Below, in pieces: positions 28,172-36,676 of a DNA stretch of 61,698 nucleotides (position 1 is the stretch's first letter; each line of letters starts with the position of its first letter). The position numbers were made by a program, and so were the translations under genes. The DNA lies in NCBI GenBank assembly GCA_041661605.1, contig JBAZUE010000001.1, positions 66,786 to 128,483 on the forward strand, written 5' to 3'. A model generated the notes under the pieces. That model worked only from the letters and a program-made list of their open reading frames with translations, made no database searches and was not told the DNA's origin. Origin of the DNA: Candidatus Omnitrophota bacterium. GTDB lineage: Bacteria > Omnitrophota > Gorgyraeia > Gygaellales > Profunditerraquicolaceae.

Positions 28172-29158
28172 TTGAGAATGCTTAAAGCTTCGTTTAAGAT
28201 TTTGGTTTTTTATATTATACTTCCCCTGATGGTCGTTGAGTTGTTGCTCCGATTGTTTAATCCCATCTACTTTTGTAGTACTGTATTTCAATTCCGCTAT
28301 GATAAAGACGTTGGAGTAACTACAAGACCTAATTTAAATAAAAGCATTTTGACTGATCATGTAATTGAAGCCCTTACCAATGACATAGGCTCAAGGAATT
28401 ATTTAAACAAAGCAGAGTTGAACAGTTATAAAAAACTTATTTTTTGCGTTGGTGATTCTTATACCGAGGGAATAGGCGGACTCACGGATCAAAGTTATAC
28501 TTTTTATTTGGATTTGCTATTAAATAATAAGAGTGGAATATACGAGAAAAATTTTGCCGTTGTTAATCTTGGATTAGGAGGATATGGTTCTATACAATCA
28601 GAACTTACGGTTTTGCAGTATGTAAGAATATTTGGGAGGGTACCAGACGCAATCATTTATTTTGTCGCTAACAACGACTGTGGCGATGATGCGTCTTATG
28701 AGCTTGGTTTTTTTCATAGGTTTGTTGTATTGGGTAGTCCCTATTACAATCGCATAACTATAATGATAAACGAACTTTTAGAAAATACTCAAGTTTGGCG
28801 AAGGTTCAAATTGCTGATTAGTCCAACAGTACATAAAAACTTTTCCCCGGCAGAAAGTGATGAGATATGCTCGCCAGAGAATTTGAGTGGTTTGAAAGCT
28901 TTGATAAAATTCGCAAGAGACAACAATATCAAGTTAATAATCTCTCATACTGGTTATACCGGAGTTGGGTATGATTTATTTAAGAGTTTTGCAAAAGAAA
29001 ATAAGATTCCATTTGCAGATTATAAGCCTGATGTAATAAGCATAAGTACAGCCAACCCAAGGCTGCCTGTATTTAACAGTCATTCAGGAGGGCATTATCG
29101 TTCTTGGGTATACTATATTGTTGCAGGTAAGTTTGCTGAGTTTTTTAAAGATAATTAA
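28172..29158 (+). CDS. SGNH/GDSL-fold acyltransferase/esterase
   Basis: N-terminal TM, VGDSYTEG (block I), NLGLGGYG (II), ANND (III) and GGHY (His). Confidence 0.75.
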   Translation: MRMLKASFKILVFYIILPLMVVELLLRLFNPIYFCSTVFQFRYDKDVGVTTRPNLNKSILTDHVIEALTNDIGSRNYLNKAELNSYKKLIFCVGDSYTEGIGGLTDQSYTFYLDLLLNNKSGIYEKNFAVVNLGLGGYGSIQSELTVLQYVRIFGRVPDAIIYFVANNDCGDDASYELGFFHRFVVLGSPYYNRITIMINELLENTQVWRRFKLLISPTVHKNFSPAESDEICSPENLSGLKALIKFARDNNIKLIISHTGYTGVGYDLFKSFAKENKIPFADYKPDVISISTANPRLPVFNSHSGGHYRSWVYYIVAGKFAEFFKDN

Positions 29159-29309
29159 CAAAATCAAAATATAATATTATTTCGTTAAGATTTTCCCATT
29201 CAAAAAGAGAAACAAGGGAGGGACTTAATCGTTCAGTCCTTTTTGTCTTGTGCCAAAAATGTGCCTATCTTATACAGAAACACTCGTTAACAAACCGTAA
29301 TAAAACTAA

Positions 29310-29360
29310 ACAACCGGACTGTATAACTCATTGATAATATAAATGTTTGTATAGAATGTT
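29310..29360 (+). repeat. Possible highly degenerate 51-bp repeat (R12)
   Basis: acaaccggactgtataac-tcattgataatataaat-gtttgtatagaatgtt, about 29/51 identical to R1 by eye with the same box geometry. Confidence 0.35.
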
Positions 29361-29407
29361 CTTTTAACGACGAGAGTTAGGGAAATACGCTTGACAGAAT
29401 TCTTGCA

Positions 29408-29530
29408 TATTGGCGAGAACTTAAGGAGCGGTTGTAAAACGAGGATAGAGAAGTCGTGACATTTTGTCACGGGTTGAAACTGAAGGCTTCTGATAGAAGA
29501 TTGCGTGAAGCCGATTGTGCCACCTTATGA
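29408..29530 (+). pseudogene. Bro-N/phage antirepressor-like remnant
   Basis: Translates YWRELKERL*NEDREVVTFCHGLKLKASDRRLREADCATL*, resembling the YWxxLKxRL...V.FCHGLKL.A.DG..R..D.A motif of Bro-N-like proteins. Internal stop, no start. Confidence 0.6.
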
Positions 29531-29534
29531 TTTA

Positions 29535-29585
29535 GAATTTGTTTTGTGACTAGCTGACAATTATGAAATTATGTATACTGTCTAT
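29535..29585 (-). repeat. 51-bp bipartite repeat R13
   Basis: gaatttgttttgtgac-N17-attatgtatactgtctat. Confidence 0.75.
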
Positions 29586-30311
29586 GATTGTTCGTAAGCG
29601 GCTTATCACCGCGGAATCTGATTCTCTGGTTATCGAAACCATTCAAACTTGGGATAAGCCTGCAATCTCGCCTGCGCATCCTTAACCTTAAGGGTATCTG
29701 GCGCGCTAATGATCAAATGAACTTTTTTTGATGTTGCCCTGCGCAAGGGTCCGCCTCAAACTTACACCTTTAAGGGAAGCTGGAAGCTTAATAATAATCA
29801 GCAGATTGAATATACTTCTGAAGATGGCCGCGATAAATTAACTTTTCAGGGCTATTGTAACATTTCTTCGGCTAACTGCCTGGTTTATATGCTGGAAAGC
29901 AGTTTAACCTCGCGTTTTGAATTCAAAGTCCAGCTTGAATCGTCTGTTTTACGCCCGAGAAAGGGAGAGATCCGTTATCGCATCGGAGTGGGAATACGCC
30001 AAAGCCGCTTGACCGCCCCCGGCAATCTGCTTATTCTATATGGTGAATGGAAGTTTGGCCGGGATTTAGGGCTGATCTTCCGGATGGATTACGGGCAGGG
30101 CAGGGTAAAGTCACTGGAATTTGGGGCGCAGGTGGATTTTAACAGGAATAAAGTAATTTTTGCGCTGAAAAATGAGTTTGGAAAGCCCCTGGGTATTACT
30201 CTTACTGTGACGCATAAATTTTTGAAAGCCGTTGACACAGAAGCCTTTATAAGGCTAAAATCCTACCGGAAAACCCGGGCAGTTGAAGCCGGGTTTAGCC
30301 TTCCTTTTTAA
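29584..30311 (+). pseudogene. Frameshifted paralog of the 23780-24553 GxW-repeat protein
   Basis: MIVRKRLITAESDSLVIETIQT, then frameshifts near 29650 and 29715-29730. QSRLRILNLKGIW and ALRKGPPQTYTFKGSWKLNNNQQIEY continue in shifted frames into ORF 29889-30311. Confidence 0.85.
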
Positions 30312-30322
30312 GCAGAAACATA

Positions 30323-30351
30323 TTGATTTCCCAGCCATTTAGCGATATAAT
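30323..30351 (+). promoter_or_regulatory. sigma70-type promoter heading the large glycan locus
   Basis: TTGATT (30323-28), 17-bp spacer, TATAAT (30346-51). Confidence 0.6.
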
Positions 30352-30477
30352 CAAACTTCTATGATTTGAGCAATAATCAGGTTATTGTCTCTGTTTTAAC
30401 CAAGCTATTTCTTATTCTTGTTTTTAGGGATTACAAGCTGCAATTGTTTATTTAAGAGCATAAATGGGGTGAAGAAG

Positions 30478-31452
30478 ATGAAATTTACGATTGGTTTTGA
30501 GCGGGAAGATACCAAAAAACTTCATCAATACTGGGATGAAATAATTCAGACGCAAGCCTGGTCGGAAGGCAAATTCACGAAGCTATTTGAGGAGAAATGG
30601 GCCCAACATTCTGGTATTCGCTCGGTTGCTTTCTCAAGTTGGGGCGGGGCTGCTTTGGCCGCATTGGAATTTTTTAATGTCAGGGATAAAGTAGTCTTAT
30701 GCCCTTCCAATACTTTTATGGCAACTCCCTTGAGTGTTATTAAAGCCGGGGCTAAGGTAGAATTTGTTGATTGTAACAAGGATGACCTTTGCCTATCTCT
30801 GGATGACCTGAAACTGAAAGCTGCCAAGTTTAAACCGGTTGCGCTTTGGGTAGTCCATATCGGAGGGCATATCGCATTTCAGATCAAGGAAATAGCCGAT
30901 TTTTGCAGGAAAAATAATATTATCCTGTTGGAAGACTGTGCTCATGCTCATGGTGCTTCCTGGGATGGGAAAAAAGCAGGCAGTTGGGGAGACGCCGGAG
31001 TATATTCATTTTACGCGACTAAAACTGTGACTACAGGAGAGGGGGGAATGCTTGTCAGCAGGCATCCTGAGTTGATCGATTTCGCGGCCAAATACAGAAA
31101 TTACGGAAAGTTCGATTATAAAGTCCAGGGATTAAATTACAGGATGAGCGAGTTTACCGCGGCCATAGGCTGTGTGCAGACAGAGCGGCTGCCTGATATA
31201 GTAGCTTGGAAAAACGAGTATGCCCGTAAAAATCTTGATTTGGTATTTAATAAGAGAGTAATATTCCCGGATGGTATGGTATCGGGTTATTACAAGTACA
31301 TAGTTTTTGAACCGGTCGATAAGTCTACTGGAAAAGTCTATGATAAGCCTTGTCATGTAATTATGCAGAAAGATTGCGTTTTGCCTAATACAGATTGGAT
31401 TGCTGATAATCATTGGTGTGTGCCGCTGTACTACAAAGGAGAGGAGTTTTAA
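30478..31452 (+). CDS. DegT/DnrJ/EryC1/StrS aminotransferase (short form)
   Basis: EDCAHAHG and YSFYATKTVTTGEGGM (PLP Lys), NYRMSE. Start moved to ATG 30478. Confidence 0.85.
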   Translation: MKFTIGFEREDTKKLHQYWDEIIQTQAWSEGKFTKLFEEKWAQHSGIRSVAFSSWGGAALAALEFFNVRDKVVLCPSNTFMATPLSVIKAGAKVEFVDCNKDDLCLSLDDLKLKAAKFKPVALWVVHIGGHIAFQIKEIADFCRKNNIILLEDCAHAHGASWDGKKAGSWGDAGVYSFYATKTVTTGEGGMLVSRHPELIDFAAKYRNYGKFDYKVQGLNYRMSEFTAAIGCVQTERLPDIVAWKNEYARKNLDLVFNKRVIFPDGMVSGYYKYIVFEPVDKSTGKVYDKPCHVIMQKDCVLPNTDWIADNHWCVPLYYKGEEF

Positions 31453-31455
31453 AAA

Positions 31456-32385
31456 ATGAGAGTTTTGGTCACGGGTGGTTCCGGATTTATCGGTTCGCAT
31501 GTAGTCGACAATTTAATTAATAAAGGTTTTGAAGTGCGTATTTACGACGGAGTTGCTCCTACTTTCAGAAAAGATTTGGAGTATTATCAGGGCAGCATAT
31601 TGGACGCTACCGCATTAGGTTTTGCGATGCATGATATTGACGCTGTATTCCATCTGGCTGCCGTAGCTGATGTCAAGGAGGTATATGCTAATCCTCACTA
31701 TGCGGAGTCTATTAATGTGCGCGGGACGATCAATGTATTGGAAGCCGCCAGAAACGCGCAAATCAAGAGGGTTGTATATGGAAGCACGACGTGGGTTTAT
31801 AGTGAAGCGGCATCTGATTCGGTAGATGAGAAAACTCCTTTGCATGCGCCTACTCATTTTTATACAGCCACTAAATTATCGGGGGAATATTATTGCCAGT
31901 CTTATAGCAAATTATACGGAATGGAAGCCTCGATTTTACGTTACGGTATACCATACGGCCCCCGGGCCCGGGATGGCGCGGTAATACCGATTTTTGTCAA
32001 GAAAGCTTTAAACGGCGAGCCGATTACTATTGCCGGTGACGGTTCTCAATTCCGGAAATTCGTATATGTTGAAGATTTAGCGGAAGGCAATGTTTTAGCG
32101 TTAAAAGATGTCGCGAAAAACAAGATTTTTAATCTTGACGGGAAAGAAAAAATAACCGTAAAGCAGATCGCCGAGACTATAAAAAAGATAATTGGTAATG
32201 TAAAGATCGAATATATCCCGGCCAGGGGAGGGGATTTTGCCGGTAAAGAAGTATCCAGCGCCGCGGCAAAGAAGGACCTGGGGTGGGAGCCGAAAGTAAG
32301 CTTTGAAGAGGGGGTAAACCGGTATATTGATTGGTACAAAAAGCGCGAAGAGAAGCGTAAGAATGCGCAAGTGCTCAACTTCTAA
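31456..32385 (+). CDS. NAD-dependent epimerase/dehydratase
   Basis: GGSGFIGS, HLAAVA, YTATK, RYGIPYGP and GDGSQFR motifs. Confidence 0.88.
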   Translation: MRVLVTGGSGFIGSHVVDNLINKGFEVRIYDGVAPTFRKDLEYYQGSILDATALGFAMHDIDAVFHLAAVADVKEVYANPHYAESINVRGTINVLEAARNAQIKRVVYGSTTWVYSEAASDSVDEKTPLHAPTHFYTATKLSGEYYCQSYSKLYGMEASILRYGIPYGPRARDGAVIPIFVKKALNGEPITIAGDGSQFRKFVYVEDLAEGNVLALKDVAKNKIFNLDGKEKITVKQIAETIKKIIGNVKIEYIPARGGDFAGKEVSSAAAKKDLGWEPKVSFEEGVNRYIDWYKKREEKRKNAQVLNF

Positions 32386-32401
32386 GAAAGCAGGTTGGCA
32401 A

Positions 32402-33076
32402 ATGAAAGAAAATAAAGTCTTGGTTATTGCCGCTCATATGGATGATGAAGTCTTAGGCTGCGCGGGCACGATATTAAAACATAAAAAATGCAAAGATAAG
32501 GTAGCGGTAGCGTTTATCGCAAACCGGATCTACGGTCATTCTTTTGATGAAGCAAAATACCAGCGTGAAAAAAAACATTGCCTGAAAGCAAAAGCGGTTT
32601 TAGGTTATGATACCGCTGTTTTTATGAATAAAGACGATGAACGGCTTGATTCATGCATTCAAGATATTATTTTACCGCTGGAAAAAATAGTAAATAGTTT
32701 TAAGCCGGATATTGTTTATGTCCCTTTCCGGGGCGATAATAACCAGGACCACCGGGCGGTGTTTGATGCCTGCCGGGTGGTATTGCGCCCTGTTTCAACC
32801 GGCTATATTAAATATATCTTTATGTATGAAGTACCTTCATCTACCGATCAGTCTCCTCCATTAAGCGAATCCGCATTTGTCCCCAATCATTATGTCGATA
32901 TCGACGCTCACATAAACTCGAAAATCAGGGCTTTTGCCTGTTACAAAACCGAAACAAGGCGGTATCCCCATCCCCGTTCCGGAAATTCAATAAAAATACT
33001 ATCCCAAAAAAGAGGGATTGAGTCCGGTTTTAAACATGCGGAAGCGTTTATGACCTTACGCACAAAGTGGTTTTAA
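32402..33076 (+). CDS. PIG-L/LmbE family N-deacetylase
   Basis: AAHMDDEVLG, NQDHR, YPHPRS and AEAF motifs. Confidence 0.85.
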   Translation: MKENKVLVIAAHMDDEVLGCAGTILKHKKCKDKVAVAFIANRIYGHSFDEAKYQREKKHCLKAKAVLGYDTAVFMNKDDERLDSCIQDIILPLEKIVNSFKPDIVYVPFRGDNNQDHRAVFDACRVVLRPVSTGYIKYIFMYEVPSSTDQSPPLSESAFVPNHYVDIDAHINSKIRAFACYKTETRRYPHPRSGNSIKILSQKRGIESGFKHAEAFMTLRTKWF

Positions 33077-33080
33077 ACAA

Positions 33081-33773
33081 ATGATCATTGCCATACAGCA
33101 GCCAGAACATCTGCCCTGGGTGGGTTTCTTTAACAAAATGACGCTGGTGGATGAGTTTATTTATCTGGATAATGTCCAGTTCAAAAAAAGGTATTTTGAG
33201 AATAGAAATAAAATCCGTACCGCAAAGGGCTGGGAGTGGTGCTGTGTTCCGGTAATGACGAAAGGGAGCTTTTCACAGGAAATAAAAGATGTGCAGATTG
33301 ATTACATCCAGAATTGGCAGCGCAAATACTTGAATAAGCTCAAAAGCCATTACGGTAAAACTAAATATTTCGCTGAGGTCTTTGCTGGCATCGAGGGAGA
33401 AATCAATAAGAATCATCCGGCATTACTAGGGCTCAATATCGGCCTGATTACCTGGGTAAGAAACTATTTAGGCATCACCACTAAAACCGCGTTGGCTTCG
33501 CAGATCTGCTCAGGTAAGGGGAGCGATTTAATCCTCGGGATCTGCCTTAAACGCAAAGCCGATACCTACTTTTCAGGTCCTGATGGCCGTAATTATCTTA
33601 AATCAGGGGAATTCGATAAAGCTAAAATAGCTCTGCGCTATCACGATTTTACGCATCCGGTTTATAAGCAAAAATATGAATCTTTTATTTCACATATGTC
33701 GATAGTGGATTTACTTTTTAATTACGGTAAAGATGCCTGCGGTATAGTCAGGGAGCTAAAAAATGACGGGTAA
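33081..33773 (+). CDS. WbqC family protein
   Basis: IQQPEHLPWVGFFNK, DNVQFKKRYFENRN, SGPDGRNYL and MSIVDLLFN motifs. Confidence 0.9.
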   Translation: MIIAIQQPEHLPWVGFFNKMTLVDEFIYLDNVQFKKRYFENRNKIRTAKGWEWCCVPVMTKGSFSQEIKDVQIDYIQNWQRKYLNKLKSHYGKTKYFAEVFAGIEGEINKNHPALLGLNIGLITWVRNYLGITTKTALASQICSGKGSDLILGICLKRKADTYFSGPDGRNYLKSGEFDKAKIALRYHDFTHPVYKQKYESFISHMSIVDLLFNYGKDACGIVRELKNDG

Positions 33774-34641
33774 AGTGATTATTATCGCGGAAGTCGGGGA
33801 ATGCTGGAATGGGGACCGAAAGCAGGCGCAAAAGTTAATTCAAGTTGCCGCTAGCGCCGGATGCGATTATGTCAAATTCCAAACATTGGATACTGATACT
33901 GTGAAGGATAATGACCCGGAGAAAGAATGGTTCCTTAAGGTCGCCCTGACCGAAGAAATGATCGATTTCATCATCAAATTCTCAAAGAAGAATTCCATTA
34001 AACCGCTGTTTACCCCGGCTAATTTAAAGAAAGCTATGATGTTAAAAGATGGTTTTAAGCTTTCAGAGGTAAAAATAGCCAGTTCAGTGGCGCATGATAG
34101 CCAGACAGTGCGGTACGCGGCTAAAAATTTTAAACGTGTTTTTCTTTCTACCGGATTAAGTTCCCTTGAAGAGATCAAGAATATGGTCCGGTTTTTTGAT
34201 AAAAATAAAAGAACCCAGCTTTATTTATTGCATTGTATCTCAGAATATCCTACCGGGCCGTTGCTCAAAAAACGCGGGCTTCTGCCATTAGCGCCAGAGG
34301 ATGTACATTTGAATATGATGCTGATGCTAAAGGAGTTGTTTCCGCAATACGGAATCGGCTATTCTGATCATACGGTAAGTATCCTGCCATCCATATGCGC
34401 AGTGGCTGCTGGTGCCAAAGTCATAGAAAAACATATAACATTAGACAGGAATAAGCCGGCCAAGCTGTTTAAAAACAAAACCGGCTATTTGGGTACCGAC
34501 CATGTGCTTTCCTTAGAACCTTCGGAGTTAAGGAATATGGTTGGGCAGATCAGGCAGGTTGAAAAAATCCTGGGGCCAGAGAAATGGGAAAGAACCTCCG
34601 GCGAGAAAATGCTTAAAAAATTTCTGATCGGAAGATTTTAG
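33763..34641 (+). CDS. NeuB-family nonulosonate synthase lacking the C-terminal AFP/SAF domain
   Basis: IIAEVG, VKFQT, KIASS, LHCISEYPT, GYSDHT, IEKHITLD and DHVLSLEP. Ends shortly after the TIM barrel. Confidence 0.85.
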   Translation: MTGKVIIIAEVGECWNGDRKQAQKLIQVAASAGCDYVKFQTLDTDTVKDNDPEKEWFLKVALTEEMIDFIIKFSKKNSIKPLFTPANLKKAMMLKDGFKLSEVKIASSVAHDSQTVRYAAKNFKRVFLSTGLSSLEEIKNMVRFFDKNKRTQLYLLHCISEYPTGPLLKKRGLLPLAPEDVHLNMMLMLKELFPQYGIGYSDHTVSILPSICAVAAGAKVIEKHITLDRNKPAKLFKNKTGYLGTDHVLSLEPSELRNMVGQIRQVEKILGPEKWERTSGEKMLKKFLIGRF

Positions 34642-35664
34642 ATGAAGAGATGCTATTTTAGGGTGGACGGTGGCAATATCTATAGCGTGGCTATGGGGCA
34701 TGTTTATCGCTGCTTGAAACTGGCTGAATTTCTAAAGAAAAAAAGAAATGTATCCCCTGTATTCATAATGAAAGATTACAGGGAAGGCGTAAAGAAAGTA
34801 AAGGATCACTCTTTTGAAGTTTTTTTATTGGATAAAAATTGTTCTTCTGCTGATGATTGCAATGAAACCGCCAAAATTTCTCAAGGCGGCTATTTAGTAG
34901 TTGATGTGCGCCATTACACTGCGGCTCAGATCGCTTTGCTGAAAGAATCATGCAATTTTATAGTTGTGTTTGATGATCTGGGCGCAAAAGTCGGGGCGCC
35001 GGATGTTTTGATTAATCCCGCGGTTTCTCAGATGCATCGCAGATACCCCGGGAGAATAGGCGGCACTAAATATTTATTGGGCCCTCGGTTTTTCCTGCTT
35101 GACGGTAAAATAAGCCGAACTACCGCAAGCAGAGAAGTAAAAAACATTTTAGTGAGCTTAGGAGGGGCGGATCCGGCAGGCTATACAAAAGAGCTGGCGG
35201 AAAAGATTGGGCGTATTTCTGAAGAATATAATGTGACTTTTGTGCTTGGCCCGGCATTTAAAAATCCGGCGGGTTTTAGAAAAACGCTCAGGAATTTAAA
35301 TTTCAAAGCCAGGGTATTATTTAATGTGAAAAATCTTGGTGCGCTGATGGCGAAGGCGGACTTAGCTATGGTAAGCGGCGGGGATACTTGTTTAGAGTTG
35401 GCTTTTACGGGTACTTCAGGAATAATCATTCCAACGATCAGCTATGAGTTGGGAACCGCTAAATACCTGCAGCAGAAAAAGGTATTTTTAAATTTGGGCG
35501 ACATAAAGGAAAAAAGCGCAAGCGAAGTTGAGGGCGCGGTAATTAAATTTATCAAAAACTATAAAAAAAGAAGGTTATTTTCTGAAAACGGGAAAAAGGT
35601 AGTTGATGCCAATGGGTTTAACAGGGTTACGGAGGCGATTTTTCCGGCTTCAGGCAGAAATTAG
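34642..35664 (+). CDS. PseG/SpsG-like nucleotide-sugar hydrolase (GT-B fold)
   Basis: FRVDGG...AMGHVYRC, LLGPRF, VSLGGADP and ADLAMVSGG. Confidence 0.8.
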   Translation: MKRCYFRVDGGNIYSVAMGHVYRCLKLAEFLKKKRNVSPVFIMKDYREGVKKVKDHSFEVFLLDKNCSSADDCNETAKISQGGYLVVDVRHYTAAQIALLKESCNFIVVFDDLGAKVGAPDVLINPAVSQMHRRYPGRIGGTKYLLGPRFFLLDGKISRTTASREVKNILVSLGGADPAGYTKELAEKIGRISEEYNVTFVLGPAFKNPAGFRKTLRNLNFKARVLFNVKNLGALMAKADLAMVSGGDTCLELAFTGTSGIIIPTISYELGTAKYLQQKKVFLNLGDIKEKSASEVEGAVIKFIKNYKKRRLFSENGKKVVDANGFNRVTEAIFPASGRN

Positions 35665-35677
35665 CATTAGGTGAATT

Positions 35678-36676
35678 ATGGGAAGAGCTCCTACGCAAGA
35701 ATTCAATAAAGAGTTAAACGAAAATTATCAGGAAGGCACTCTTACCTGTCTTAAGTCGCCGGTAATCAAGAAAAGAATAAATCCGGAATTTCCGCTGGTG
35801 CTTAATATCGAGCCTACCAATGATTGTAACCTGCGCTGTTATTATTGCCCGAGATTAAAAAGTAAAAAGCCGGTAGGTTACATCAGCCTTAAATTAGCTA
35901 AGAAAATAATCGATGAAGCGGCTGATTATCCAAAGCTGATCATGCTTAATTTCCATAAAGACGGTGAACCGTTGCTTCATCCTAAGATAGGCGCGATGAT
36001 TAAATACGCCCATAAGAAAAAAATCGCAGAAGTGATCCATATGAATACTAACGCGGCCTGCCTTGATGATAAAATGATCAAAAAACTGCTGGATTCCGGA
36101 ATAGATGATATTACTTTCAGTATTGACGCTTACCGGCAGGATACTTTTAAAAAAACTAAAGGCCGGGATCTTCTGCCGTTGGTAGTTAGCAACTTGAAAA
36201 GATTTATTGAGCTGCGCGATAAAGGCAGATACCGTAAGCCATTCTTGAGGGCTAAGATAATCGAATTTGATGATACTGCTGATGAGGTGAATGACTTTTA
36301 TAATTTTTGGGACGGATTGGCGGATGAAGTCCAGGTTACCGGTATCCATAGCTGGAGCGGAGCGATAAAAAACCTGCGGGTAACAGACCCGGTTTCCAAA
36401 AAGAGATTTCCCTGCATATTACTGTGGTATGCCTTGGTGATAAACTGGACCGGCGATGTATCGATCTGTTCTGTTGATTGGAATACCAGTTCTCTGGTCG
36501 GCAATGTAAATACAACGGCCATAAATCAAATCTGGAAAGGCGATATCCTGCGGCAGGCACGCAGAGATGAACTTTGCGGCCGCCATGATGCTTTTGATGT
36601 CTGCAAAAAGTGCATTAATTGGGTGGGCGGGGAAGATTTAACCGGTTACCTTAAAACCAGGACGGAGTTCTTATGA
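35678..36676 (+). CDS. Radical SAM/SPASM domain protein
   Basis: CNLRCYYC, GEPLLHP, and C-terminal PCILLW...CSVDW...CKKC. Confidence 0.88.
   Translation: MGRAPTQEFNKELNENYQEGTLTCLKSPVIKKRINPEFPLVLNIEPTNDCNLRCYYCPRLKSKKPVGYISLKLAKKIIDEAADYPKLIMLNFHKDGEPLLHPKIGAMIKYAHKKKIAEVIHMNTNAACLDDKMIKKLLDSGIDDITFSIDAYRQDTFKKTKGRDLLPLVVSNLKRFIELRDKGRYRKPFLRAKIIEFDDTADEVNDFYNFWDGLADEVQVTGIHSWSGAIKNLRVTDPVSKKRFPCILLWYALVINWTGDVSICSVDWNTSSLVGNVNTTAINQIWKGDILRQARRDELCGRHDAFDVCKKCINWVGGEDLTGYLKTRTEFL

Noticed and set aside
29219-29250. Terminator after the SGNH gene (agggact/agtcctt + T-tract)
   Set aside because: The stem is short with G-U pairs and a 9-nt loop, too weak to call.
19204-29585. Classical integron attC sites or Xer dif/pdif sites
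   Set aside because: No RYYYAAC...GTTRRRY long hairpin, no XerC/XerD 11-6-11 arms (TTATGTTAAAT absent), and no tyrosine recombinase in the window.
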